A stretch of 64,000 nt of DNA from assembly GCA_963846575.1 (NCBI GenBank), contig CAWJWJ010000002.1:2784001-2848000 (forward strand). The letters run 5' to 3'. Below, piece after piece: positions 30,033 through 39,638 of this stretch. This DNA is from an uncultured Nitrospiraceae bacterium (lineage in GTDB: Bacteria > Nitrospirota > Nitrospiria > Nitrospirales > Nitrospiraceae). The notes under the pieces were generated by a model, which was not told the DNA's origin, made no database searches, and saw nothing but the letters and a program-made list of their open reading frames with translations. A program made the position numbers and the translations under genes. How positions within the stretch are numbered: position 1 is the first letter of the stretch; each line of letters opens with the position of its first letter.

Positions 30033-31013
30033 ATGAGTGATAGCGGAGCGTTTTCGCGAGTCAAGAAACTTGGAGTACCCGCAGTCATTGTGTCGTTATT
30101 GCTCTGCACAATCCCTGAGGCGTTTGCAGGCACGCTCAATGTAACCGTGCAGCAGGGCACGAATGCAGGAGCCGTCGTTCCCAACGCATTGGTCTGCTTA
30201 TTCCAGACTCCCACCAGTAGCCAGCAGATGGGACAGACCTTGGCGACCAACAGCACTGGTCTCGCGACATTTAATTTAGGTCCCAATGACCAGACGGTCA
30301 CGGCGAAAGCATGGGCCGGAGGCAATGTGCGCACGACCAAAAACGTGATTCTAACTGGCAATCAAACCGTCAATATTACACTTGCCCTTCAAGGAAACGG
30401 CACAATCCAAAATCCCTGCCTCGCGCTCAATAGCGGGCAACCGGGCGGAGGGATCCCTCCCGTTCCTCCCGGCGGGACGAGCCAGTCAAACTTCGAGCGG
30501 GATCGAATGCGTGCTGCCATACAGACGGCCAATTTTTTCGCCAATGAACTCTACCCCATCTTCTCCCACTCGCGCTGCTTGCATTGCCACGGCGGAGTCA
30601 TTCCTGGACCCGCCACAACCAGAGTGAACCACAGAGATATTGGGAGTCAGACCTGTGCGAACTGTCACAACATAGCAGGCTGGCATGTGGTGAGTTCAGC
30701 TCGCTTCGTCAATCTTGGCCAGCCGGATGCTGCCAGAAACGCCTCGATCACCGTGAAGCCGTGGATAGAGGTCTGCAACCTCGTTCGCACATTCAATCCG
30801 CTCTTCCCGAACGACCAAGCATTGGTGAGCCATGTCCAGATGGACACCCTGATCGGATGGGCATTTGTCCCAGGCACCGCGCCGCAACGTGCCCCGGCAG
30901 GAGCGACTCCTGGAACGCAGACAACCTTAGCGGCCAAGTTCCAACAATGGATCGCCTTAGGAAAACCTTGCGGACTGCAACCGGCGCAAGTGGGACCAGG
31001 CATGTTTCGATAG
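30033..31013 (+). CDS. Exported protein: prealbumin/carboxypeptidase-regulatory-like N-domain plus two CxxCH motifs
   Basis: Signal peptide, VPNALV...TNSTGLATF, CLHCH and CANCH. Confidence 0.72.
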   Translation: MSDSGAFSRVKKLGVPAVIVSLLLCTIPEAFAGTLNVTVQQGTNAGAVVPNALVCLFQTPTSSQQMGQTLATNSTGLATFNLGPNDQTVTAKAWAGGNVRTTKNVILTGNQTVNITLALQGNGTIQNPCLALNSGQPGGGIPPVPPGGTSQSNFERDRMRAAIQTANFFANELYPIFSHSRCLHCHGGVIPGPATTRVNHRDIGSQTCANCHNIAGWHVVSSARFVNLGQPDAARNASITVKPWIEVCNLVRTFNPLFPNDQALVSHVQMDTLIGWAFVPGTAPQRAPAGATPGTQTTLAAKFQQWIALGKPCGLQPAQVGPGMFR

Positions 31014-31152
31014 GAGGGCCCCCTGGGCACCCGAGTTGACAGTACGGATTCTCGGCGGCGGGATCGAGTACAACTCAATACATAACAGGCCGTTTGACAA
31101 TCACGAGAGGAAATTCGCGAATCGAATGAGCAACGACGGAAGGAGATGAAGC

Positions 31153-32649
31153 ATGCGCGCTCTCACTGCCTCTACCAGAACACCACTTTTTTGTCTCTGT
31201 GTGCTGTCATGCGGCCTCTCGATCCTCACACCGAGAATGGCCGAAGGCATTATAAGCGAATTGGGAGGCGTGCAAATTACTGTCACCGACCAGGGCGGCA
31301 CGCCGATTTCGAACGTCTACCTCTGCCTCGCCATGCCTGGACAAAGCATGCAGAGAATGACGGATCAGAACGGCCGCTACAATACGCCTCTTCCCGTCGG
31401 CGTGACAACAATCCGCACGTCTCGGAACGGCTTCGCCAACAAAGAAGAGACGATCACCATGACTAACGGTGCCACCATCAAGCGTACGATTCGCCTGCAG
31501 CAAGGCCAATCAAGCCCCTTGCCCAGCAACTGCGGCACTATTTCGGCGACAACCACACCGGGACACCACTGTGCGGAGGTTGTCCACGTTGAAGTGGCCG
31601 GGGGAATGAAGACGACCAGCAGGACCGTGAATGTGGTAGCCGACTTCGAGAAACAGCCGTCGTTCTATCGCATGACGGAGTTCTCGGCGGCAGAGCGCTA
31701 CCCGGAGGCGCAGTTCAACGCGGATCGCGCGTTTTCCAAAAAAAATGTCCCCTGGCATGCGGTTACGACTCCGGTGCTGACGACAAATTTCACGCTGACC
31801 GAACCGCACTACGGGACTCATCACTTCTACCTGCAGACCAGCCTTGCACATCATGGGTGTATCTCTAGCACGCGCTCGATCAGCGTGATACTAGAGCCGG
31901 GCAAACTACAAACTTACGAGCTGACGGGACAGGCGGTGGAACGATTTGTTGCAGCCGCGAGGGCTCGCGGCTATCAGTTTCAAAGCCACTTCAAATTTAT
32001 CAAGAAGGACAAGACCTGGTGCCTCCGTAATGCAATGCTGGAAACATCAAGCCCCGAAACGGACACGCGAAGCAGTGACAAGGTAATCGAAGATATTGTC
32101 GCAAGCTTTGAGGTCTTCATAGGTCCAGAGCTTATGCCCTTTTGGGAGCTGAAAGACATCAAAGGATCCTTTTACGGTCTGCCGCCCTTAGGCCGTGGCC
32201 CTGTTCGCGTGTTTGGGGGAGGAACATTACCAGCAATGACATACGAAAAATTTTCGGATGTCAGCTGCCCCTACTGCGGACCAAGAGCACTAAGGCGAAC
32301 GCTCTCGTGGCGGCGACTGGTGTACGAGTTCCCGCCTCCACGGCCGGGTGATCCTCTTGCAGTCAGATGTGTTACTGGCCCTGACCTCACGCGTCCAGAC
32401 CAACAACCGTCTCTTGTCAAACTGAGATTGATCGGCCCGGGAGGCGACGATCCTCTAATGCCCTCCCGCCGGCTCCCTGAGGTGAACGCACAACCGCTAT
32501 GGGGCGCAAGACTGATGTGTACCTGCTCCAGGCCCACACCCTTTCTTTGGGTATGTCCCGCAAGGGACAGCAGGATTCGTGTTAGTCAATTGCAAGGATC
32601 TCCAGCGTTCAAAAACGATGACCTGATACATCTAGATTTTCCATTTTAG
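31153..32649 (+). CDS. Exported protein with carboxypeptidase-regulatory-like N-domain; 3' end possibly frameshifted
   Basis: Signal peptide, VTDQGGTPISNV...TDQNGRY...SRNGF; the last ~60 aa look atypical. Confidence 0.65.
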   Translation: MRALTASTRTPLFCLCVLSCGLSILTPRMAEGIISELGGVQITVTDQGGTPISNVYLCLAMPGQSMQRMTDQNGRYNTPLPVGVTTIRTSRNGFANKEETITMTNGATIKRTIRLQQGQSSPLPSNCGTISATTTPGHHCAEVVHVEVAGGMKTTSRTVNVVADFEKQPSFYRMTEFSAAERYPEAQFNADRAFSKKNVPWHAVTTPVLTTNFTLTEPHYGTHHFYLQTSLAHHGCISSTRSISVILEPGKLQTYELTGQAVERFVAAARARGYQFQSHFKFIKKDKTWCLRNAMLETSSPETDTRSSDKVIEDIVASFEVFIGPELMPFWELKDIKGSFYGLPPLGRGPVRVFGGGTLPAMTYEKFSDVSCPYCGPRALRRTLSWRRLVYEFPPPRPGDPLAVRCVTGPDLTRPDQQPSLVKLRLIGPGGDDPLMPSRRLPEVNAQPLWGARLMCTCSRPTPFLWVCPARDSRIRVSQLQGSPAFKNDDLIHLDFPF

Positions 32650-32653
32650 GTTT

Positions 32654-33451
32654 GTGATGAGAGGCACACTTATACTAGACAATGAGGCCACTCTGGAACT
32701 CAGTGGAGCGACAAGCTCCGACTTCGACATCGTGACCAATACGCCATCGACCCCGTCAACGTGGTCGCGCACGGCTTCGATTCGCGCTCGTTTCGAAGGC
32801 ATCAATTTCGGCGTGTTGGGCTCGATCGACAATACCGCCATCACCATGTTTCGTGACGGCACCCCCTGTAATCGAGTCGTTCCTGTGCCAGCCAGCATCA
32901 CGTTTGTTAATGCCGAACAGCAGGCCCGAAACATCTCAGTGACCGCCGAGTCTCTCGCGCCAGCGTTGCATGTACAGCCGTTCACGGTCTCCCTGGGTCC
33001 CGGGGAGCGCAAGCAGGTACCGATCCCCATTCAGATCGATTCCTGTCCGGCTGAGGGTGTTGAACATACCGGAACGATAAAATTCAGGTATGCCGGCGTG
33101 GTTCGGCGTGCAGCACTTGGCGTCACGCTCTACACCAACATGCACCATTGGCGGAACGCCTCCAGAAGCGTCGGTTCCTGTGATTACACGTGGGATATCT
33201 ATATTCGCCCGGACGGCAACACCCACCTGACCTACAGTTTACGAAACCGCAATCTCATTTTTCAGAAGCAGTTGGATTTTCGCTTCATGGTACTGGGTCA
33301 GGAAATCGGAAGAGGGGTACTGCGGGACGGTCCAAACACGCTTCATACAAAAACCAACGGGTACAGGCATCCATCCTCATTTGTGAGAGATAATTACGTG
33401 CCAATGCTTTCCGCCCCCGCCAGCGTCAAATTAACCTGTTCGAACTGGTGA
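32654..33451 (+). CDS. Hypothetical beta-rich protein, possibly a 5'-truncated remnant
   Basis: 265-aa ORF with an Ig-like pattern (VSLGPGERKQV); no RBS or signal peptide, in-frame stop just upstream. Confidence 0.45.
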   Translation: MMRGTLILDNEATLELSGATSSDFDIVTNTPSTPSTWSRTASIRARFEGINFGVLGSIDNTAITMFRDGTPCNRVVPVPASITFVNAEQQARNISVTAESLAPALHVQPFTVSLGPGERKQVPIPIQIDSCPAEGVEHTGTIKFRYAGVVRRAALGVTLYTNMHHWRNASRSVGSCDYTWDIYIRPDGNTHLTYSLRNRNLIFQKQLDFRFMVLGQEIGRGVLRDGPNTLHTKTNGYRHPSSFVRDNYVPMLSAPASVKLTCSNW

Positions 33452-33764
33452 CAGCACGCATGGCAGCCGCACTCCGGGATCTGCCTGCATGATGTGAATA
33501 CGTTCCTGAGATCGATAGTCCGGCTTACCCACAGATGGCGACTTTCATTACGTACAGGCGGAGTTCTGGACAAATATAAATACCAGCATTCCCGCATTAC
33601 GTGATTGACCCAGAGGCGTCCACCTGAGTATGCTCCTGCCGTCCTGCAGCACCGGCTACAAAGCGGCATCCGGCGCGCCCTGGGGAGGATCGGAATGATC
33701 GTACAGCCCTCCGGCACATCGCCCTTCCCCGTTTCCTCCCCCTCCTCTCAATCTCCAGCCCAAT

Positions 33765-33793
33765 TGAACCCCACGGGCCTCCGTCCCGACTCA
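33765..33793 (+). promoter_or_regulatory. ECF-type promoter motif copy 3
   Basis: TGAACC-N16-CGACTCA upstream of ORF 33841. Confidence 0.7.
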
Positions 33794-33840
33794 CGAGCCA
33801 GGAACGGAAACCTTCGCAAGCATCGTCCGGGCAGGTTCCA

Positions 33841-34191
33841 ATGAGTACAGGATCACAACGAAGCCTCGCAGTGAGTCTCCTCATCCTTGCTACTCTGGGC
33901 GGTTGGATGACGGCTCAAGCCGGCGATCCTGGTACCGCCCGGATCACTGACAGGCGGCCGGCGGATGCACCCCCGGCCCATGGCCTCGGCAGGAGTATAG
34001 GCGCAACGGCAGAATCGCAAACCTCTATCCTCTCCGCCCACCCGGCAACCCCGGAATGCGATGGAGCAGCGGCTCCAGTTCCGGCGATCACCACGTTCCT
34101 GAACCGGGTCATGGGGCGCTCGCGCCCCGAGGAGGTCAGACTGTGCGCCGTTCCGCCAGACAGCGACAACAGAGACGGAGCCGACAAATAA
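33841..34191 (+). CDS. Small exported hypothetical protein (2 Cys)
   Basis: Signal peptide ending AQA, directly after the promoter motif. Confidence 0.6.
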   Translation: MSTGSQRSLAVSLLILATLGGWMTAQAGDPGTARITDRRPADAPPAHGLGRSIGATAESQTSILSAHPATPECDGAAAPVPAITTFLNRVMGRSRPEEVRLCAVPPDSDNRDGADK

Positions 34192-34204
34192 TGCCGGCTG
34201 AGGA

Positions 34205-34233
34205 TGAACCACAGCGACCGGATCAACGACCCA
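34205..34233 (+). promoter_or_regulatory. ECF-type promoter motif copy 4
   Basis: TGAACC-N16-CGACCCA upstream of DsbA and the array. Confidence 0.72.
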
Positions 34234-34285
34234 TGAATGCGGATACACAGCAGCAACCATCGTCATCAGATTTCAAGGAGGCCCG

Positions 34286-35035
34286 ATGAATCGCCGACGT
34301 TTCGTGAGTATCGCTACTCTGCCCGCCCTTATCCTGGCCTGCGCCCCCCAACTGAGCCTCGCGAAGGAGCCGACGCTCGATCCCGCAGCGAGACAATCGA
34401 TGGAGCAGGTGATCGAGCAGTACATCCGGACTCACCCGGAGGTCATCGAGCAGTCGCTCCAGGCCCTGGAAGCCAAGCGGGAAGCGGAGGAAAAGGAACG
34501 GCAAAAAGCCGCCCTGGGCAAACATCAACAGCAGCTCTTTCAAGATCCCTCGTCGCCGGTCAGCGGCAACCTGTCCGGCGAGGTCACCTTGGTCGAGTTT
34601 TTTGATTATCGCTGCGGGTACTGCAAGCGTGCGGCCGGAGCTGTGACCCAGCTGCAAAAGGACGACCCGCGCGTGCGCGTCGTCTACAAGGATCTGCCGA
34701 TTTTGGGCGAGGCATCCGAACTGGCAGCCAAGGCCGCACTGGCCTCGAAAGCCCAAGGCAAACACCAGGCCTTTCATGAAGCGCTGCTCGCCTCCAAAGG
34801 CGACATGACGAAAGAGTCCATCCTGGCGACCGCAGCCGAAGTCGGTCTGGATCGAACACGCCTGGAAGCCGACATGGCGAATCCCGAATGGCAAGCCGCG
34901 ATCGACCGCAATCGCGACCTGGCCAAAAACCTCGGCATCAGCGGCACGCCGGGGTTCATCGTCGGTACCGAACTCGTCCCCGGCGCGCTGGACGTCAACG
35001 GACTCAAGGAACTCATAGCCCGGGCAGGAAAATAA
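34286..35035 (+). CDS. DsbA-family thiol-disulfide oxidoreductase (Com1/ScsC-like)
   Basis: EFFDYRCGYCK, cis-Pro loop GISGTPGF, N-terminal helical YIRTHPEVI segment; AAGGAGG RBS. Confidence 0.92.
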   Translation: MNRRRFVSIATLPALILACAPQLSLAKEPTLDPAARQSMEQVIEQYIRTHPEVIEQSLQALEAKREAEEKERQKAALGKHQQQLFQDPSSPVSGNLSGEVTLVEFFDYRCGYCKRAAGAVTQLQKDDPRVRVVYKDLPILGEASELAAKAALASKAQGKHQAFHEALLASKGDMTKESILATAAEVGLDRTRLEADMANPEWQAAIDRNRDLAKNLGISGTPGFIVGTELVPGALDVNGLKELIARAGK

Positions 35036-35082
35036 ATCATGGTGAGGCAGACTCAGGAATCACTTCATTGAAGGAGGATCCT

Positions 35083-35568
35083 ATGACACCGCTTGCCACA
35101 GACTTCGGAATCGTCGGTTGTGCGGGGATCAAGAGTATGCGAGGCGCATGGCTTCCAATAGCCGGTCTGGGAGTCTGTAGCCTCTTGAGCGTCCTCCTGT
35201 CGGCGGACGTCGGTTGGGCAGCACCAAAGAAAGGAAAAACATCTGTGACGTGCAGATGTACCTGCATGTACCAGGACGAAATGGGGAAAGTCCATTATGG
35301 ACCATCGCAGGGTGTGCAGTTCACCGAATCGACAGGAGAAAGATGCCTTGACCACGCGTGTAAATCAGGCAGTCATAGCGGCAGGACCAGAGATTGTCTC
35401 TTTTCGGAAAACCCGAATCAAATGCGTGTCCCGCCGGGAGGGATACCAGGGCAGCTCCAACAGACACCGGCTTCACCGGGCGGCATGGCCGGCCCCGCTC
35501 CGGGAACAGTCTTGCGCCGGGGAGTCGAGGAGGAACAGCCCACGTCCTCAGAAAAAGAGGGGAAGTAA
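35083..35568 (+). CDS. Array member 1: secreted 6-Cys protein (CxCxC), tail VLRRGVEEE
   Basis: AAGGAGG RBS, signal peptide ending VGWA, 6 mature Cys, Pro/Gly linker. Confidence 0.8.
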   Translation: MTPLATDFGIVGCAGIKSMRGAWLPIAGLGVCSLLSVLLSADVGWAAPKKGKTSVTCRCTCMYQDEMGKVHYGPSQGVQFTESTGERCLDHACKSGSHSGRTRDCLFSENPNQMRVPPGGIPGQLQQTPASPGGMAGPAPGTVLRRGVEEEQPTSSEKEGK

Positions 35569-35641
35569 GTGCCATTCCATCGGAGCAAACCTCAATGCTG
35601 AGATGGCGACCATGTGGCGGGGCAGCAGGGAGACCATCTTG

Positions 35642-36211
35642 ATGAGACGAGCATGGTACGGGCGGCACATGTTGTTCGGGACGAGCTGCATCCTGGCACT
35701 ATTGTTATCGGCCGCCCTGGAGGCCGCAGAGCCGAAGGATCAGCCGGCCACTCCTGAACAGACGTCTCAGTCACACCCGGTGCAGGAGCCGGATGAGCAT
35801 CCCCTCGCGCCGGTTGACCAGGATGACATCACAGGGCGCGGAATTGACCGCGGGCCGGTGGGAAAGAAGGGCATTCCGCCGTCCGGCAAGAACCCGCCGT
35901 CGCACCTCTGCCGTACGCTGACGCACATGATGACCCAATGCAAATGCTTCAATCAGGCGGAGTGCCAGCCTCTCTCCGCGCTCTTCCCCAACTCCTGCCC
36001 CGCCGGCAGCCAGCACTGCGAGTTTGTCCCGATGAGTCGCGGCACCATGCCTCCCCTCCCGCCGAATCTTTGCGGATATCAGGTGCCGCTGACGCTCACG
36101 GAATGTTCCTGCCATACCGCAGCCGAGTGCCAGTTGCTTTCGCCCTTCTGCCCGGGCTCCTGCCCGGCGGGGAGTCAGAGCTGCACCTGCCGGCCATTAC
36201 GAAGGGGATAA
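35642..36211 (+). CDS. Array member 2: secreted protein with acidic pro-region and two tandem Cys-rich repeats
   Basis: Signal peptide, ITGRGI, repeats with 6 and 8 Cys ending PMSRG and PLRRG. Confidence 0.8.
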   Translation: MRRAWYGRHMLFGTSCILALLLSAALEAAEPKDQPATPEQTSQSHPVQEPDEHPLAPVDQDDITGRGIDRGPVGKKGIPPSGKNPPSHLCRTLTHMMTQCKCFNQAECQPLSALFPNSCPAGSQHCEFVPMSRGTMPPLPPNLCGYQVPLTLTECSCHTAAECQLLSPFCPGSCPAGSQSCTCRPLRRG

Positions 36212-36247
36212 CATGCTGTCAACGAGCTGGATGAGAGGATCACGGCT

Positions 36248-36679
36248 ATGAGGTATCGAATCACTGTCGTCTATCTCGGCACACTAGTCCTGATGCTGGC
36301 AGTGACCGTGCAGCAGGTCGCCCACGGTGCACCCAGAAGGCCGTCGAACAGTGCGGGTGCCTGTTCCATTTCTGCCGACAAATTCAATCAACTCGCAGCC
36401 AGGAACCCCGCCGGTGCTGCGGCCTGTAAGAACATGGCTGACAACGCGCAGACTCAGGGCGGGTCGTTCTCGTTCATGTGTGATAGCGCGACGGGTGAAA
36501 TCTCCTGCTGTAACGACTCGTCCTGCGTCTCGCTTGGCAGGGCGATGAAAGGCAAGCTTCCCGGCATAATGCCGGAACAGCCGCCCGGTTCCATACAAAT
36601 ACCTCCGCCTCCTTCAGGCGGCAAGCCCGGTACGGCTCCGCCGCCCGGCGGTCCGATGGCACCCTCGCAGGTTCGATAG
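36248..36679 (+). CDS. Array member 3: secreted 6-Cys protein (C-C-C-CC-C), Pro-rich tail
   Basis: GAGAGGA RBS, signal peptide ending AHG/A. Confidence 0.78.
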   Translation: MRYRITVVYLGTLVLMLAVTVQQVAHGAPRRPSNSAGACSISADKFNQLAARNPAGAAACKNMADNAQTQGGSFSFMCDSATGEISCCNDSSCVSLGRAMKGKLPGIMPEQPPGSIQIPPPPSGGKPGTAPPPGGPMAPSQVR

Positions 36680-36744
36680 GTCTCAACCAACATCGTATCG
36701 GAAGGTAGACATCTTCCCCATTTCTCAATCGAAGGAGACAGACC

Positions 36745-37113
36745 ATGAAATTCGCACGGTCCACGGTTTTAGTCTGCATGTTGCTGTTTGCTGCCGGAGT
36801 GGCAGGCTGCGCGGACAATCCCGCCCCTGTGTCAACGATGCACAGCGAGGCGACGGTGGCCGGACATTCCGCTCAGGTACAGGAACGCGCGACGCCGATG
36901 CAGAAGTCGGGTTACATGAACGTCCCTCGGATGCAAGTGACACGGCCGCCGATCCCGCCGAGAGGCGGCGCCATGAATTTTTCCTGCGGCGTGACGTCGT
37001 GCACCTGCCATGGAGACGCCGATTGCAACAACATGTTCAGTTCAAACGTCTGCGGACATTCCGCGGTGTGCGATACCTCCAATGGTGTCGAATGCAGCTG
37101 TTTGAGGAACTGA
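36745..37113 (+). CDS. Array member 4: lipoprotein with VQERA motif and C-terminal 8-Cys core
   Basis: AAGGAG RBS, VAGC lipobox. Confidence 0.8.
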   Translation: MKFARSTVLVCMLLFAAGVAGCADNPAPVSTMHSEATVAGHSAQVQERATPMQKSGYMNVPRMQVTRPPIPPRGGAMNFSCGVTSCTCHGDADCNNMFSSNVCGHSAVCDTSNGVECSCLRN

Positions 37114-37175
37114 CAGTACGCGTCCTGCCAAGCCGCAGGTGAATGATTTCACTCCGCAATTGAGAGGAGATAGTT

Positions 37176-37610
37176 ATGAGGACAAGCATCGTTCGACACA
37201 CTGGCACGGCATTGTTGATCCTGGGAACGTTGCTGGGGCAATCGTTTCCAGCGCAGGCCGTACCCATAAAAAATCCGGAGAACTGCCAAGGCCCCGTCAC
37301 CATCGGGGTCGCGACCTGTCCCGACAAACCCGGCCATTGGGTCGAGTGTCTCCCCAGCGGCGACTACATGTGCTGCACCGGCAACGCCCAAGGTGGTAAA
37401 GACTGTGAGCAGATCGAATCGTTCAAGAATCCCAGAGGCGGGGCGACGAGAATGCCCGGAGGCCTGCTTCAGAATGCGCCGGTGGTATCCCCGCCTCCAA
37501 GCCCACCCCGATTTCCAAGAGCGGGCATGAAGGCGCCGATCACGAGGCGCGGGGTCGAGGGTGAAGGCTCGACGCCATCGCCGACCGTCCCCGAGGAACA
37601 GGGCAAATAA
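37176..37610 (+). CDS. Array member 5: secreted 6-Cys protein (C-C-C-CC-C), tail ITRRGVEGE
   Basis: GAGGAG RBS, signal peptide ending AQA. Confidence 0.8.
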   Translation: MRTSIVRHTGTALLILGTLLGQSFPAQAVPIKNPENCQGPVTIGVATCPDKPGHWVECLPSGDYMCCTGNAQGGKDCEQIESFKNPRGGATRMPGGLLQNAPVVSPPPSPPRFPRAGMKAPITRRGVEGEGSTPSPTVPEEQGK

Positions 37611-37659
37611 AAACCAGCACGTCCGCATTGCGGAACGGGCCTGACTAAAGGAGTTTCCG

Positions 37660-38112
37660 ATGAACATCCCGAACAGAATGCTCGGGCAGAGTCGCCTGTC
37701 ATGCAGCCATCCCCGACGATCCGGCAAGGCACAAACCGTCAATCTCTTCATTTCTCTGATGACCCTGCTGGGGTTTTTTCTGTTGTGGAGCACCCCAACC
37801 ACCGCGTTCGCGGAACGAAAAACCTCGCGCCCCAAAACGGCCGAAGAAAAGAAGACGGATGCCTGCACGAAGCAGAATGTTGAATGTGCAAACGGCTGTA
37901 GAAACGGCACTCATCTACCCATAGGTTCCGCCTCGGACAAGATCCAAACCTGTGATGTGAATTGCGGCAATGCTTTCAACAGATGTATGGCCGCCATGAG
38001 GGGTGGGCCGGCAGGAACATTCTCCGGCACAAACGGCCCCGTCCTGCGCCGCGGCGTCGACGGGGAAGGTGCCACGCCATCTCCGACCGTCCCCGAGGAA
38101 CAGGGCAAGTAG
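37660..38112 (+). CDS. Array member 6: secreted CX6CX3C-CX3CX6C protein, tail VLRRGVDGE
   Basis: AAGGAG RBS, hydrophobic signal ending AFA. Confidence 0.78.
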   Translation: MNIPNRMLGQSRLSCSHPRRSGKAQTVNLFISLMTLLGFFLLWSTPTTAFAERKTSRPKTAEEKKTDACTKQNVECANGCRNGTHLPIGSASDKIQTCDVNCGNAFNRCMAAMRGGPAGTFSGTNGPVLRRGVDGEGATPSPTVPEEQGK

Positions 38113-38181
38113 ATCGACTGGGAGTTCATCACGTTCCGCCCACGCCGCGGGCATGACGCGCTTGCGGCAGAGGAGGCCATC

Positions 38182-38601
38182 ATGATGCACGCGATTCGAC
38201 CGCTCATGATCCTGGTGGTGCTGGTTCTGTGGACTTTCTCGACGAACCCGGCCTGGGCCGTGCCGAAACTCACGCCCGGCAGCAAGCGGTATTGCTCATG
38301 CACCTGCGCGACACAGGACAGTATCCTGTTCACTCCGTCCTGGGAGAAGCGGTATGACTGCGGCCTCGCCAACAACAAAAAATGCAGGCGAGAAAAAGAC
38401 GGCATGACCGGCAAATTGCACAGCTGCATGGAATGCGAGAAAACGAACAACGGTGGCATGTTCTGCGTCAACCCCGGGCTGGCTACGAAGCCCCCGGGTC
38501 GCGTTCCCGGCGGCAAACTCGAACAGATTGTCCCGCGCGGCATCGAAGGCACACAGGAGATCGAACCGCCGCCCCTGGAATCCGGGGAAAAAGAGAAGTA
38601 A
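38182..38601 (+). CDS. Array member 7: secreted 8-Cys protein (YCSCTC...WEK), tail IVPRGIEG
   Basis: AGGAGG RBS, signal peptide ending AWA. Confidence 0.82.
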   Translation: MMHAIRPLMILVVLVLWTFSTNPAWAVPKLTPGSKRYCSCTCATQDSILFTPSWEKRYDCGLANNKKCRREKDGMTGKLHSCMECEKTNNGGMFCVNPGLATKPPGRVPGGKLEQIVPRGIEGTQEIEPPPLESGEKEK

Positions 38602-38643
38602 CCCCTTTTTCAATCGGTCACGACAAAAGGAGACACAGGAGCC

Positions 38644-39045
38644 ATGACTCATCCTCGTCCCAATTATTGGAGTGGCGGTCTGGCCGTCGGCGTGGTGCTG
38701 GTCCTCGTGACGTCGTTCAGTTGGGCTGCCCCCAACACCGGCAGCGGGCCGCAGAAAACCGAGAAGCAGTGCAAAGACGAACAGGCTAAGTGCAAGAAGG
38801 ACTGCGACCAGTTGATCGACATCGGCAACAACGTCAAAAACTGCAAGGACCGCTGTACGGATGGTTATGTCATTTGCACTCCGGCGCGAGGCACCGTGCC
38901 GCCAGGCACTAGATTCGGCACGGTGCGGCCATATGGTCTCACCAAACAAAACGCGCCGGTTATCCGGCGCGGCATCGAGGGCGAGACACCTGAGGATTCC
39001 GCGCCCAGCACTCACGGCTCATCGGTACCACAGAGTCCGCAGTAA
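38644..39045 (+). CDS. Array member 8: secreted CX6CX3C-CX3CX6C protein, tail VIRRGIEGE
   Basis: AGGAG RBS, signal peptide ending SWA. Confidence 0.82.
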   Translation: MTHPRPNYWSGGLAVGVVLVLVTSFSWAAPNTGSGPQKTEKQCKDEQAKCKKDCDQLIDIGNNVKNCKDRCTDGYVICTPARGTVPPGTRFGTVRPYGLTKQNAPVIRRGIEGETPEDSAPSTHGSSVPQSPQ

Positions 39046-39100
39046 ATGGGAGCCGACGAACGTTAACTCTATCGCCAGACACAGCGAGGAAGGGACCACC

Positions 39101-39616
39101 ATGCAGAATCTGCCGTGCATCCATCGCAGCCACGTGAAGGGCTTGTCAATTGGACTTCTTGGGTTAGCGCTGATCATAGGATGGGCCGAGGTCAGTCTGG
39201 CGTTGCCGAAGTTAAAACCGGGAAAAACCTACTGCAGTTGTAGTTGCAAGACCTTCTCGAAAGGCGTGGGGTTGGACTGGGAGAAGGTCGCAAGCTGCAG
39301 TCTGAACGGAAAGAGCTGCAAAGGGAAAAATAGCGCCGGGGTCTTGGAAGACGGCGTCTTGCAGCACTGCAATGAATGTAGGGCCGATTCTTCGGGCCAG
39401 GGTTACTCGAGCTGTACGCCCGTCAAAGACCTGAGTAGACCGAACTTGGGCGGGACGACTCCCCCGGTCCTTCCCGGCACGCTCGACCCGGGCTCGCGGC
39501 AACCCTCCGTAGCCCCGTTCTCACATCAAGGCACAAACGCCCCGGTTTTCCGGCGCGGCATCGAGGGCGAGACACCGGCTCCGTCTTCCACGGAATCGGG
39601 CAACTCAGGAAAGTAA
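39101..39616 (+). CDS. Array member 9: secreted 8-Cys protein (YCSCSC...WEK), tail VFRRGIEGE
   Basis: Purine-rich RBS, signal ending SLA; paralog of 38182. Confidence 0.82.
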   Translation: MQNLPCIHRSHVKGLSIGLLGLALIIGWAEVSLALPKLKPGKTYCSCSCKTFSKGVGLDWEKVASCSLNGKSCKGKNSAGVLEDGVLQHCNECRADSSGQGYSSCTPVKDLSRPNLGGTTPPVLPGTLDPGSRQPSVAPFSHQGTNAPVFRRGIEGETPAPSSTESGNSGK

Positions 39617-39638
39617 CAATTCGGAGAGGAAAGCGAGC

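Noticed and set aside
37581..39576. 26-28 bp direct repeats as a CRISPR array or integron attC sites
   Set aside because: They lie inside coding tails, form only pairs, are ~500-590 bp apart, and no cas or integrase gene is visible.
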